This document shows positions 1-11,004 of a stretch of DNA of 64,000 nucleotides, piece after piece (the stretch's first letter is position 1; the number at the start of each line of letters is the position of its first letter). Source of the DNA: an uncultured Methanospirillum sp. (lineage in GTDB: Archaea; Halobacteriota; Methanomicrobia; Methanomicrobiales; Methanospirillaceae); NCBI GenBank assembly GCA_964637135.1, contig CAZWTX010000001.1, forward strand, positions 1 to 64,000, read 5' to 3'. Under the pieces are notes generated by a model. The model worked only from the letters and a program-made list of their open reading frames with translations. It ran no database searches and was not told the origin of the DNA. The translations under genes were made by a program, and so were the position numbers.

Positions 1-52
1 AAAGAACCGTGCCAGGAGAGAGTCGGAAACCGGGGAAAAAAACCGGGAACTG

Positions 53-2791
53 ATGATGAATGCACAGCGGTTCCTGATGGAACGGCTCTGGAAGGCGACC
101 ACAAAGAACGAGGCAGCAGATGCAACCCTGCTGACTATCGAGTCCCTGACAGGCAGTACCATCGGCAGTATCCACCTGGTGAACCCGGGATCAGGAACAT
201 ATGATCTCACGATCGCACATAACCTCCCGACCGAACTTATCAGACAGTTTACCTATGGAGATATCCAGTACGTCATCTCCTCAAACAAACCGCTTTTCTT
301 TGAATCCGAATCTGGTGACGGGGAGTCGTCCCCGATTACCGGCGGACAGATTCCGGTACGGGCGTCTGGAGAGGTAATCGGGGTTTTATCCTTCATCATG
401 GATACACCGGCATCCCTTCATCCTCTTGTGAAGGATACCATCGAACTGCTTGCCAATCAGCTTGGCCATTCACTCATCCGGCTCCATTCAGAGGAGCAGG
501 TACAGCACCGGGAGGAGGAGTTATCCGAACTCTATGCTGCCATGCAGGAACTTGTTCTCGTCATCGACATGGACGGAACCATCCTTAATGTGAATCCTGC
601 TGCTGCCCGGGCACTCGGATGGGGAGAGAATGAACTCTTCGGTATGCCGGTTCAGACGATCTATCCATCTGAACTCATGGATGAGATCATCCTCCAGTTC
701 CTCTCCCTCACCGGAACCGGTGTCTCCATCAAAAATTCGTTCCCTCTTCTGACCCGATCAGGAAAACAGATCCCGGTTGAGACACGGGGAAGTGTCGGTA
801 CCTGGGGAGGCCGGAGCGTACTCTTCTGCATCTCCCGCGACATCAGCGAACGGCTGGAGGCAGAACGCAACCTGCATGAGTACTATGAACGGATGAATGC
901 CATCCTCTCCTCATCGACGGCACAGATCTACCTGAAAGATCGTGACATGAAGTACGTCATGGCAAATGAGGTGTTCTGTTCATTTGTAAATACCGATCCC
1001 GCTGCCATCGCCGGGAAGACGGATGATGAGCTCTTTCCTCCGGAGATCGCAGTGAAGAGACATGACGGGGATATCTACGTGATGGACGAGGACGTCCCGG
1101 TATACAATGTCGAGGAAGAGATTGAGACCAGGGAGAAAGAGTCAGTCTGGCTTGCCACATCAAAGGTCCCTGTCCATGATCAGACCGGGAATGTAACCGG
1201 AATCGTCGGAACAACCATCGTCATATCAGATCTCGTAAGAACCAGGGAAGAACTCATTCACCGCGACCGGATTCTGAGTGCGGTCAGCACGGTGGCCCAG
1301 GATCTCGTACGGGGCAATGAATGGGAACCCATCATACCGGCATGCCTTGAACTCCTCGGTGCGGCATCTCAGATGGACATCGTCTTTTTTGCCAGTCTCA
1401 GTCCGGGGACCGAATCTCATATGAACCAGTATTACCAGGAATGGAATAACCAGGCAATCTCGCCAGAACAATCGGATGGGTATACCTTTTTCCGGCGCTT
1501 CACCCCCGGCCTTACCCCGTTCCTGCAGAACAGGCCCTTCTATCAGGCAAACCGGTCGTCCCTGTCAGCATTATGCACTGGTATAGAGGATATCTGGTAT
1601 CCGGAATCACTTCTGCTCTTCCCGGTCTTTTCCTACAATATCCTCTGGGGTGTGCTCGGGTTTATCTCCCGGGATGAGGATCGCCCCTGGTCGATTGCCG
1701 AGATCGAATCCCTCACGATGGCTGCCGACCTGATCGGGTCTGCCATCAGCAGGTACCAGACCGAGGAACTCTTCCATAAGCCGGTTGAACACTCACTTGT
1801 CGGGATATACCTCCTTCAGAATGACCAGTTTGTCTATACCAACCCAAGGTTGTCTGATATTCTCGGTCAACCCCGTGATCTCCTCAGTAATACGCCGATC
1901 ACCGCATATGTACATCCGGATGATGTCGTGATGGTGGAAAACCATCATCTTCGGGTGATCGAAAATCCCCTGAATGCAGTTGATTACGAATTTCGAGCCA
2001 TCACGGGAGACGGGATGGTTATCACCCTAGAAAACCTCATCAGCGGGTTTATGTACCTCGGCAGGCCGGCGGTCATCGGGAGTATCATGGACGTGACCAA
2101 ACGGAAGAGGGCTGAAGAGGAACTCATGCAATCCCTCCATGAAAAGGATATCCTCCTGCGTGAGATCCATCACCGGGTCAAGAACAACATGCAGATCATC
2201 GTCAGCATGCTCCGGATGCAGGCAAAACTCATCGAGGATCCGGCGATCTACGCCATTCTCCAGGAGAGCAAGAACAGGATCCTCTCTATGGCGATGATCC
2301 ATGAGAAACTCTACCGGACCGACAACCTCGTAAGCATCAATCTTCTGGAGTATATCCACTCGCTTGCTTCAACCCTGATATCAGATTTCTCGCCGGATGA
2401 ATCCCTGATTACCCTTGATATCGTCTGCGATCCATCGATCGAGATGACAATCGATGTCGGTATCCCGCTTGGCCTTATCCTGAATGAACTGGTGACAAAC
2501 TCCTTTAAACATGGATTTTCTCCGGGAATACGAGGTACCATCGGCGTCAGGGTACTTCCTGACGGAGCCGGAGGAATGGATATCATCTACCGGGATTCGG
2601 GCAAAGGACTCCCTCCTGCGTTTGATCCTGACGTACATGATTCCCTTGGGATGCAGATCATCTCCAATCTCATTTTTCAACTAGAAGGAGAGATTATCTT
2701 CTCATCTGAAAACGGAGCCGTAGTCACCATGAAGATACCCGTTCATGAAGGATTCAGTGGAGGAGGTGATCTCCATACCCCAGGGGAGTAG
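53..2791 (+). CDS. GAF/multi-PAS sensor histidine kinase (HisKA_2 type)
   Basis: 912 aa; several PAS/PAC repeats; H-box LLREIHHRVKNNMQ; N-box NELVTNSFKHGF; G-box DSGKG. Confidence 0.93.
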   Translation: MMNAQRFLMERLWKATTKNEAADATLLTIESLTGSTIGSIHLVNPGSGTYDLTIAHNLPTELIRQFTYGDIQYVISSNKPLFFESESGDGESSPITGGQIPVRASGEVIGVLSFIMDTPASLHPLVKDTIELLANQLGHSLIRLHSEEQVQHREEELSELYAAMQELVLVIDMDGTILNVNPAAARALGWGENELFGMPVQTIYPSELMDEIILQFLSLTGTGVSIKNSFPLLTRSGKQIPVETRGSVGTWGGRSVLFCISRDISERLEAERNLHEYYERMNAILSSSTAQIYLKDRDMKYVMANEVFCSFVNTDPAAIAGKTDDELFPPEIAVKRHDGDIYVMDEDVPVYNVEEEIETREKESVWLATSKVPVHDQTGNVTGIVGTTIVISDLVRTREELIHRDRILSAVSTVAQDLVRGNEWEPIIPACLELLGAASQMDIVFFASLSPGTESHMNQYYQEWNNQAISPEQSDGYTFFRRFTPGLTPFLQNRPFYQANRSSLSALCTGIEDIWYPESLLLFPVFSYNILWGVLGFISRDEDRPWSIAEIESLTMAADLIGSAISRYQTEELFHKPVEHSLVGIYLLQNDQFVYTNPRLSDILGQPRDLLSNTPITAYVHPDDVVMVENHHLRVIENPLNAVDYEFRAITGDGMVITLENLISGFMYLGRPAVIGSIMDVTKRKRAEEELMQSLHEKDILLREIHHRVKNNMQIIVSMLRMQAKLIEDPAIYAILQESKNRILSMAMIHEKLYRTDNLVSINLLEYIHSLASTLISDFSPDESLITLDIVCDPSIEMTIDVGIPLGLILNELVTNSFKHGFSPGIRGTIGVRVLPDGAGGMDIIYRDSGKGLPPAFDPDVHDSLGMQIISNLIFQLEGEIIFSSENGAVVTMKIPVHEGFSGGGDLHTPGE

Positions 2792-4202
2792 GATCCTGAT
2801 CGTAGAAGATGAGATGATTATATCGATGGAGATCAAGCAGAAACTCACGGAGATGGGGTACACTGTCGTCGGACAGGCGATATCAGGTGAATCTGCTATT
2901 CAGAAGGCGGGAACGGTGAGGCCTGACCTCGTCCTCATGGATATCCGGCTGAAAGGCGAGATGGATGGAATCACCGCCGGAAAGCGGATCATCGAGCTCT
3001 ACGATCTCCCGATCATCTTCCTCACGGCCCATTCAGACAAGGCGACTCTGGAACGTGCCGTTGCGATATCTCCCTCCGGGTACCTGCTCAAGCCGTTCAA
3101 AGAACGCGAGCTCATGACCAATATCGAAATGAGCCTGCACAAGCACCGTATCCGGCGAAAGGTCCGTGAAGAGACGCTCCCTGAAGGAACAGCACTCATT
3201 GGTAGTGAAATTGCCACTCTTACGACTCCTGCAGTAATTGTCACTGCCAATGGGACAATTGAGACGATGAACGCCGCTGCAACCGGTATCACCGGCTTCT
3301 CAACGGAAACTGTCGCCGGGAAACCCCTGAAGATCCTGCTTGATGCCGGAGACCAGCCTGATTCAGGAGAAGAGACCTGGACCGGATCCCGCCTGGTACT
3401 ACCCGATCAGGTCGTTCTGAAACACCGGGATGGGAGAATGATCCCGGTAACCCTCTCTTCAGGCCTTGTCAGATCTGAGGATGATACATTTCATTACCTC
3501 ATCCTGTTTGAGACCGGTGAGGAAGAACTACCCCTCTCCGCTCCCGGTCCGCAGATGATCCGGTATCTCGTTGCCCTTGCAACAGCTCTCCGTCTTCCGA
3601 TCTTCATCCTTGACCGGAGTTTTCTCCTCTCCGGGCATAACCAGCTCTTCTTTGATCTCGCTCGAAAGGCAGGTATCAGCCAGTACATGCTGAAACGTCC
3701 GTTATTTGAAACTCCTAAGTTTTCGTTCTTTGGGGACATGCAGGTTTTCCAGGAGATATTTGCGTCAGGGCAGACTGAACATGTCATCCGGAAATGTATC
3801 TTCGAAGATGCGGTGAAGTTCATTGATTTTACCTGGATCCCCCTCAAGAAGAATGATGTTACCACCCATATCGCGACGATCATGGTGGATGTGACGAGCG
3901 AGAAGATGGCCATTTTCGAGACTGAAAAAATTAAAAAACGTTCATCAGAGTTGTTTAATGCATTTGATGCGATTCAGACCCTTTCAACGGATCTGCGTAT
4001 TCCGCTCTATGAATTGATCAGGAGAATCATGGACGATGAGTCATCGCATGGGGGAAAAGCGGTCAGACTTGCCGAACAGGTCTCTGATCTCATGAACCGG
4101 TATGACACCGCATGGGTCAAGTTTTCAGGGATAAAAGAGCAGTACCTCTCCGAATTTGTGACGAAGTACCTGCCGCCGGAGCAGAAGGAATCCAGGCAGT
4201 AA
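2745..4202 (+). CDS. Response regulator receiver + PAS domain protein
   Basis: Receiver motifs ILIVEDE, DLVLMDI, FLTAHS, YLLKPF, followed by PAS-like segments; overlaps the kinase end. Confidence 0.9.
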   Translation: MKDSVEEVISIPQGSRILIVEDEMIISMEIKQKLTEMGYTVVGQAISGESAIQKAGTVRPDLVLMDIRLKGEMDGITAGKRIIELYDLPIIFLTAHSDKATLERAVAISPSGYLLKPFKERELMTNIEMSLHKHRIRRKVREETLPEGTALIGSEIATLTTPAVIVTANGTIETMNAAATGITGFSTETVAGKPLKILLDAGDQPDSGEETWTGSRLVLPDQVVLKHRDGRMIPVTLSSGLVRSEDDTFHYLILFETGEEELPLSAPGPQMIRYLVALATALRLPIFILDRSFLLSGHNQLFFDLARKAGISQYMLKRPLFETPKFSFFGDMQVFQEIFASGQTEHVIRKCIFEDAVKFIDFTWIPLKKNDVTTHIATIMVDVTSEKMAIFETEKIKKRSSELFNAFDAIQTLSTDLRIPLYELIRRIMDDESSHGGKAVRLAEQVSDLMNRYDTAWVKFSGIKEQYLSEFVTKYLPPEQKESRQ

Positions 4203-4432
4203 TTCTCCGTTATGCCTCCCCGGGAGAGGAGATCCAAAAGAGGCCGGGACAGGCACGGACGAAAAATCCAGGGCCGCTATCCCGGCCCCTCAGGGTTTGA
4301 CGGTTAGGGCAGGGTTTAGAACCGGGGTATTATGACCATCATTTTTCCGGGATGTTGCGGTCGAGATCTTTTTCCTTTAAACTTGAACTTATGAGTGTTC
4401 GATTCCGGAAAACCGGGAACCGTTGGGCAGTA

Positions 4433-5059
4433 TTACCTCTGTGAACAGGAGAAATGCTTGTCAAGGGTTTCGATCTTTCTGATCTCTTCCTCGATCATGG
4501 AACGGAGGGCATTGATATTATCAGTGTATCCGGATTCTGAATCCAGTTTTGATGCAAGGATATTCTCCTGTTTTTCAAGAATGGTCGTGAGAAATGCGAG
4601 AACCTTTCTTTTTTTATGATATCTCCGGCATTGTTCTGCCATCTCCGGAGGATATCCTGCCTTGAGCGCCTGATCGTACTTTTCCGTTGATTCCGTGAGA
4701 ATTTTCTCAATGTCCTGAATCGCCCTCAGAAGAACGGATTGTTCAAGGGGTTTCATGATGAAGCCGTCAATCATCAAGCCGTATTTTAACGCTTCACTGG
4801 TTGTCATAACCTTCCCGGTGAGGATAATAACCGGCAGATCGGCAAAATCAGGATCCTTCCTGATCCCCTCAAGAACTACCCACCCGTTGAGCGGCTCCAT
4901 CATGATATCGAGGAGAACCATGTCAGGGCGGGTCTCCCGTATAGTATCAAGCGCCATGCCTGAATTTGTCTGGATGATCGGATCGTACCCTGCATTTTGC
5001 AGGATCTTCTGGTAGAGGAATGTCAGTGTTTCATTATCATCGATCATCAATATCTGCAT
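4433..5059 (-). CDS. Response regulator receiver protein with helical C-terminal domain
   Basis: ILMIDDN, LLDIMM, ILTGK, FIMKP. Confidence 0.9.
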   Translation of the reverse strand: MQILMIDDNETLTFLYQKILQNAGYDPIIQTNSGMALDTIRETRPDMVLLDIMMEPLNGWVVLEGIRKDPDFADLPVIILTGKVMTTSEALKYGLMIDGFIMKPLEQSVLLRAIQDIEKILTESTEKYDQALKAGYPPEMAEQCRRYHKKRKVLAFLTTILEKQENILASKLDSESGYTDNINALRSMIEEEIRKIETLDKHFSCSQR

Positions 5060-5227
5060 AAAAATACCCTTTTTTGTATATGACTGAGTGATAAGTTATA
5101 ATGGTATTGTCTTTCTGGAGGTTCAGTCCGTCTGCTCCGGGGAGACCGGGATAACACGATTCGCTCATCCCACAGTACCGTATGTTTTATCGGGGACCTC
5201 CTTTTCAGACTTATCTGCCGGGTTCGG

Positions 5228-6259
5228 TCAGGTAACCTCATGATGGCATTTGAGGAATGAATGGACTTTCTCTGACTTGATATATCCCTCGTCAAGCTGA
5301 TCGATTATTTCGTCAATCTCTTTTATCTGGGGCATGAGATCGTTCAGCATGCCGGGATCATACAGATCATGCATCGCTACGATCACGGCAAGCGGATTGT
5401 GTATCTGGTCGTTGAGGAGAGCAAACCATTCCATGTTGATTTCAATCTGGTTCAGGGCATCCGTGATCATCTTATTGGCGGTGATCTTCTCGGTGATATC
5501 CCTGATTGATATCACGTACCCAAGAAGTTCTCTCCCGGGACCGTATATTGGTGCGACAATTCCGTCAACGTACCGGTTTTTCCCTCTCCATCCACCAGAA
5601 AGAGCGGGAATTCAAACCGGGAAAATGGTGTCGGCTGCTCGATATTCCGGGTAATAGTCACTGAGGTGTGATCTGACGGCCGGTAGAGTTACGAGCTGGT
5701 TCAGGCTCATGGTGTCTTCTGCCGGTGAAGGTGCCAAACTGAGCATACTCCGTGCGACCGGGTGTGCAAATCTGATCTCTCCATCCGGGTGAACAACAAT
5801 GAGTCCTTCACCAACGCTGTTCAGAATGCTTTCAAACCAAATCCGGTTCTTCTGCATCCGGGTTTCAATCTCGGATCTGTACAGGGCAGATTCAATGACG
5901 TGTTGAATCTCACGTTCATGGTATGGCTTGAGGATATACCCAGCAATATAGGCAGGATGTACTGCCGGCATTGCCGTAGCGTCTGGGCTTGTGGTAAGGA
6001 TGATAACCTGTATCTCCTGTACCGCCTGTATCAACCCGATCGCGGTGATCCCGCTGATTGTTCCGGGAAGATCGATCTCCATCAGGATCAGGGCAGGACG
6101 GTATTGTTCTGAAAGACGGACTGCCTCCTCGACGGTAGTCGCAACAGCAGGTATGGAGTAGCCAAGAGACCCGATGAACCAGCTGAGTTGTTCTGCCAGT
6201 TCCGGGTCATCTTCTGCGATGAGGATCTGATAATCTTCCCTTTTACGCCCGGGAATCAT
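5228..6259 (-). pseudogene. Receiver-PAS/PAC protein interrupted by one in-frame TGA (5612-5614)
   Basis: ORFs 5612-6259 and 5228-5515 share a frame; the sequence between them reads on as IPALSGGWRGKNRYVDGIVAPIYGPGRELLGYVISIRDITE (PAC motif). Confidence 0.75.
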
Positions 6260-6364
6260 ACTGGAAAAATCAGGTGGTACAACACTCCCTCCCTGCCTGT
6301 TCCATAGGATTCTCTCTCTTTCCGGTCTATTACCCGAATGGGTGACCAGGGAGAATATCGGTGG

Positions 6365-7516
6365 TCAGAGGTGTTCAGTCGGATCGAGATCTCCCCCCTT
6401 CTCAGAACCATAGATCTTCAGGAGAACTGACCGTACTTTTTCCGACTGAACCCATCCGGCATCCAGAGAGGTGATGAAGGAATCGATGGTTCTGACTGCT
6501 TCATGGATCTGCTCTCTCCTGGTACAGTCACATTCGTCACAGTATCCCTGGATAATTGAGAGCGGGTTTCGTATCCTGTCTCCTATCATTGCGATATTGT
6601 GGAGATTACGGTTAATCTGGCGGATGGCACCGGCCAGTTCTGCCATTGCAATCATACGCTCGGTGATATCCCTGCTTATTGAGATGCAGAGAAGAGTATC
6701 CCCGTCTCTGAAGATACGGACGCTGTTTTCCACGGGTATGATGGTCCCGGTTTTTGAATAGTGTTCTCCCTCGAAGGTCAGGGGAGATTCTTCAGGGAGG
6801 GTGCTGAGGAACTCCTTGAATTGTGCAAACCAGTGCGGAGGAGTGATATCGCTGATCTGCAGGGAGAGGAGTTCGTCACGGGAGTATCCAAGCTGTCTGC
6901 ATGCGGCTTCATTTACCTCGAGGATCCTGCCGGGTGTTCCTTCGGGTACCACTTCATGCAGGAATATCGCATCGCTTGCACTTTCAAAGAGATTGCGGTA
7001 TTTCAGTTCTGACCGCATGAGATCCCCATTCAGGCGTTCCAGCTCTGAAAGTTTCTTCTCGAGCTGGCTGATGAGGCGCTGGTTATGCTCTGATAGAAAT
7101 TCTTCTTCCCTGATTAGAACCGGTTCCCGGGGAGGGGCAGACAAGTGCGGGTATGTTTTGATCAGGTCCTGAATAATAAGTATAAACTCCGCCGGATCGG
7201 TAGGTTTGAGAATGAACCGGTCAGCCCCGAGATTTTGCCCAAATTCCTGGTCCTTCTGTCCGGTGTAGGCAGAAGAGTAAAAGACAAAGGGAATATGCCG
7301 GTAATCAGGATGCGTTTTAACTTCCCGGCAGAGCTGGAATCCATCCATACGGGGAAGGAGGATATCCGAGATGATGAGATCGATCCCGTCCTTCTCAAGC
7401 ACGGATAGGGCATCCTCCCCGTTTTCTGCAGTAATTACGGTGTAGCCGTACCCGCCCAGGAGCGACACAAGGAGGTACCGGTTTTCATACTGATCGTCAA
7501 CCACGAGGATTTTCAT
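6365..7516 (-). CDS. Response regulator receiver + PAS protein
   Basis: KILVVDD, ISDILLPRMDG, FILKP; PAS domain; DRIRNPL-type C-terminal tail. Confidence 0.9.
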   Translation of the reverse strand: MKILVVDDQYENRYLLVSLLGGYGYTVITAENGEDALSVLEKDGIDLIISDILLPRMDGFQLCREVKTHPDYRHIPFVFYSSAYTGQKDQEFGQNLGADRFILKPTDPAEFILIIQDLIKTYPHLSAPPREPVLIREEEFLSEHNQRLISQLEKKLSELERLNGDLMRSELKYRNLFESASDAIFLHEVVPEGTPGRILEVNEAACRQLGYSRDELLSLQISDITPPHWFAQFKEFLSTLPEESPLTFEGEHYSKTGTIIPVENSVRIFRDGDTLLCISISRDITERMIAMAELAGAIRQINRNLHNIAMIGDRIRNPLSIIQGYCDECDCTRREQIHEAVRTIDSFITSLDAGWVQSEKVRSVLLKIYGSEKGGDLDPTEHL

Positions 7517-7899
7517 GACCTTCCTGCCTCCCGGGCGGTTATGTAGGTCATGATCTGATCAGTGAACGTCGTGGGATTAATGGGTTTCTCGATATAACCA
7601 GTTGCTCCTGCTTTAATGATCCGTTCCCGGTCGCCGGGCATCGCGTAGGATGTCACGGCAACGATCGGGATCTCTGCCGTATCTGGGGTGATACTGAGTA
7701 TCCCGGCGATCTCATACCCGTCCATGCCGGGGAGCTGGATGTCAAGGAGGATGAGATCCGGCTGTTCATTTTTCGCGAGCCTGATCCCTTCAATCCCGTC
7801 TTCCGCTTCAATGACTGAAAAACCCTTTGCTTCAAGGAGAAAATGCATCAGGTACCTGTTCTGCTCGTTATCTTCGATTACAAGAACTTTATTCCCCAT
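7513..7899 (-). CDS. Single-domain response regulator (DivK/CheY-like)
   Basis: Start refined to MGNKVLVIEDN at 7899; LLDIQLPGMDG, AVTSYA, YIEKPI. Confidence 0.9.
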   Translation of the reverse strand: MGNKVLVIEDNEQNRYLMHFLLEAKGFSVIEAEDGIEGIRLAKNEQPDLILLDIQLPGMDGYEIAGILSITPDTAEIPIVAVTSYAMPGDRERIIKAGATGYIEKPINPTTFTDQIMTYITAREAGRS

Positions 7900-9832
7900 G
7901 TATGCCCGCTCCTGTTGGCAGGGTGAATGAGAATATGCTCCCTGTTCCCGGGGTACTTCTGACGGTGATGGTCCCCCCATGGAGTTCGATCAGCCGCTTT
8001 GTGATGGAGAGCCCAAGACCGGTTCCTTCATACTTCCGCGTGGTCCCCGAATCGATCTGCTGAAACGGCCTGAATAAGGATGTCATGTCCCGCTCATCAA
8101 TGCCGATGCCCGTATCGCTGACTGACAGCCTGACCTGTCCCGGTTGACGCACGCCTGATATGGTGATCGTTCCGGATTCGGTGAACTTGACTGCATTCGT
8201 CAGCAGGTTGATGAGTACCTGTTCGATTCTCCTGGAATCTCCCATGACTGCCCCGATCTCCGGGGAGATGTCCCTGATTAATTCAAGTCCTTTCCGTACA
8301 ATGACTGGTTCCATGCTCTTTGCAACGTTCTCTATCAGGGCGGGCAACTCAACCAATTCTCTCTGGATCACCAGTTCATCTGCCTCAATCTTTGATATAT
8401 CCAGGACATCATTGATGAGGGCGAGCAGGTGCCGGGCACTGTGCTGTACCATCCCCAGTTGTTTTGCCTGTTCAGCCGTGATCGGACCGACGAGGCCTTC
8501 AAGGATAATACCGGTAAACCCGATGATCGAGTTGAGCGGTGTGCGCAGTTCATGGGACATAGTGGCTAGGAATGCCGATTTTAAGCGATCAGCTGCCTCT
8601 GCATGTTCTTTCGCAGTTACGAGAAGAGTATTTGCTGATTCGAGCTGGCTGGTCCGTTCCCTGACCTGGTCCTCGAGGTGATCCCGGTACTCAGACAATT
8701 GCAGATAGGCCTCTTTCCGTTCGATTTCCGTGGAACGGATACGGGATATCATCAGGTTAAAAGACCGGGACAGTTCGCCGATCTCTCCCTTCTGTTCACC
8801 GTCTGCATGAAGGTCAAGATCCCCGGTCTCAGTGATCTTCCGGGTAATCTCAGTCAGGTCCATGAGCGGCCTGATGACGGTCTGGTCAAGAATGACGAGC
8901 GTGATCGCGCTGAGGAGGATCAGGGCGCCGGATACGAAGATGAGGATGAGAACCAATGACTCCTGCAGTTCTTTTTCCAATGCCTGAAACGGCAGTATCA
9001 TGGCATATTTCCAGCCAAGTTCCGGGGAGGTGTAGAAGATGAGGTATCCGGAACCGAGGGTGATAATACCGCTCGTCTCGTTCAGCAGCACCGGGGTATG
9101 GTCGCCGGTGATGATCTGTATCGGGGAAAACCGGAGAGCCGGGTCCCGTGCTGCAAGGATGGTTCCGGTTTCATTAATGAGGATGATTTCTCCGCTTCGC
9201 CGGACCTGAAAGCCGGATATGTAATCGGTCAGGTTATTCAGGGTGACATCTGCCCCGAGTACCCCATACACTGATCCATTTGTAAAAGTCATCGCCCTGA
9301 CAATGCCGATATTCACGTCAGGCGTGGTGAGGGATGTATAGGGCTCTGTCCGCATGATCCGGTCAGGATGCTGTTTTGCCAGGATGTACCACGGCCGGGT
9401 CCGGGGATCATACGCGGTCGGGACCGAACGCGGATGGGATCTCACGAAGGTTCCTGTCTCTCTTCCTTCGTACACGGAGTTCACCTGCGGGTGGCTCATC
9501 CGGAACGCGTTCAGGTGGGTGATGATCTCCGATTCCCGTTCACCAATCGTGTAGGTGAATGTATCCGGGGAGGCATTCAGAAACGAGGTAAAGCCGGTAT
9601 CATCAGGCGTAACCACGTTCTCATGCAGCATCAGTTCGGTGATGTCGTTTTCTACCTCCCTGAAAAAATTCGTTGTCGCAAAATCGATGTGGGTGAGCTG
9701 GTTAATTCCGTCTTCCTGCACATTCCGGAGATTTACCTGGTGCACGGACGAGGGAATGATGACTCCAATGCAGACCAGTACCAGCGCCAGGATACTGATG
9801 AAGAGAAAGAGCACCTTCGAGCGGAGCTTCAT
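7889..9832 (-). CDS. Membrane Cache/HAMP sensor histidine kinase (HisKA)
   Basis: Two TM segments; Cache motif YDPRTRPWY; HAMP; H-box ATMSHELRTPLN; G-boxes DTGIGI and GTGLGL. Confidence 0.93.
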   Translation of the reverse strand: MKLRSKVLFLFISILALVLVCIGVIIPSSVHQVNLRNVQEDGINQLTHIDFATTNFFREVENDITELMLHENVVTPDDTGFTSFLNASPDTFTYTIGERESEIITHLNAFRMSHPQVNSVYEGRETGTFVRSHPRSVPTAYDPRTRPWYILAKQHPDRIMRTEPYTSLTTPDVNIGIVRAMTFTNGSVYGVLGADVTLNNLTDYISGFQVRRSGEIILINETGTILAARDPALRFSPIQIITGDHTPVLLNETSGIITLGSGYLIFYTSPELGWKYAMILPFQALEKELQESLVLILIFVSGALILLSAITLVILDQTVIRPLMDLTEITRKITETGDLDLHADGEQKGEIGELSRSFNLMISRIRSTEIERKEAYLQLSEYRDHLEDQVRERTSQLESANTLLVTAKEHAEAADRLKSAFLATMSHELRTPLNSIIGFTGIILEGLVGPITAEQAKQLGMVQHSARHLLALINDVLDISKIEADELVIQRELVELPALIENVAKSMEPVIVRKGLELIRDISPEIGAVMGDSRRIEQVLINLLTNAVKFTESGTITISGVRQPGQVRLSVSDTGIGIDERDMTSLFRPFQQIDSGTTRKYEGTGLGLSITKRLIELHGGTITVRSTPGTGSIFSFTLPTGAGIHGE

Positions 9833-10000
9833 TCAAACGGACAATTGTTGTTCCTGGTATATATGGGATTGGGAGCCCCGCATACCGGGGATATGTCTCC
9901 CGCATCTCCCGGTCTTCATGAGGATGCTATCACACGTTTCAGGCAACCATTTTCCGGAAAGATGCGAAGGTTTTCAGGGTTTCCTGACCTATCTCATCCT

Positions 10001-10891
10001 ATGAACGGTGTTGAACACGAGAGTTTTCTTTCCATCGACGGGCATCGGATCTGGTATGGGATTGCCGGGGAGGGGGCACCAGGCATTCCCCTGCTGGTTC
10101 TTCACGGCGGGCCGGGCGTACCCCATGAGTACCTGCTCCCGCTGATCGGACTTGCATCAGACCGTCCGGTCATCTTTTATGATCAGCTCGGGTGCGGCAA
10201 CTCAGAAAAACCTGCAGATACTTCCCGGTATACCCTGGAATATTTTACCCGCGAACTTGCCATGGTCAGGGAGGAGCTCGGGCTCGATGAGGTTCATATT
10301 CTCGGACAGTCCTGGGGAACAATGCTCGGAGCCGAATACCTCCTGAACCACCATCCTGCCGGGGTGATATCTCTCGTGCTATCCGCACCCTGCCTCTCTG
10401 CTTCCCGGTGGGATATTGATCAACGAACGTACATCATGGACCTTCCTAATCCGGTTCGTGATACCATTCTCCGGCACGAAAAAGATCACGATTATGCCTC
10501 CCCCGAATACCAGGATGCGATGATGACCTATTACGAGCGTCATATCTGTCGGATGGATCCCTGGCCGGACTGCCTGAATGCATCCATGGAAAAATTTGCA
10601 CATGATATCTATGAACTCATGTGGGGACCGAGTGAGTTCACGATAACCGGAACCCTGAAGGATTTCGATGTGACCGGATCGCTTGGCAGGATCACTGTTC
10701 CGGTACTCTTTACCTGTGGAGAGTTCGATGAGGCCACCCCTACCTCGACAAGATATTACCATGAACAGGTGCCCGGATCTGAACTGAAAATCTTTGCCGG
10801 AGCCTCCCATTCACATCATCTTGAGGAGGAGGCTGCATACCTGGAGACCGTGACAAGCTTTCTGAAACGGGCCGGACCGACGGGCAGGTGA
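10001..10891 (+). CDS. Proline iminopeptidase family alpha/beta hydrolase
   Basis: HGGPG, YDQLGCG, GQSWG nucleophile motif, GPSEF; start refined to the ATG at 10001. Confidence 0.9.
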   Translation: MNGVEHESFLSIDGHRIWYGIAGEGAPGIPLLVLHGGPGVPHEYLLPLIGLASDRPVIFYDQLGCGNSEKPADTSRYTLEYFTRELAMVREELGLDEVHILGQSWGTMLGAEYLLNHHPAGVISLVLSAPCLSASRWDIDQRTYIMDLPNPVRDTILRHEKDHDYASPEYQDAMMTYYERHICRMDPWPDCLNASMEKFAHDIYELMWGPSEFTITGTLKDFDVTGSLGRITVPVLFTCGEFDEATPTSTRYYHEQVPGSELKIFAGASHSHHLEEEAAYLETVTSFLKRAGPTGR

Positions 10892-11004
10892 TCCGATCCC
10901 GGGAATCGCCCCCGTTTTTCAATTTGCCGAAGTGAAGGGTTTTTTTTACTGATTCATCCATAGAATCGCGAGAGTCACTATTAGAAACATATTATAATAA
11001 TCAC

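Noticed and set aside
9368..10000. Long N-terminal extension of the 507-aa peptidase ORF
   Set aside because: It overlaps the kinase gene on the opposite strand; peptidase similarity begins at ATG 10001.
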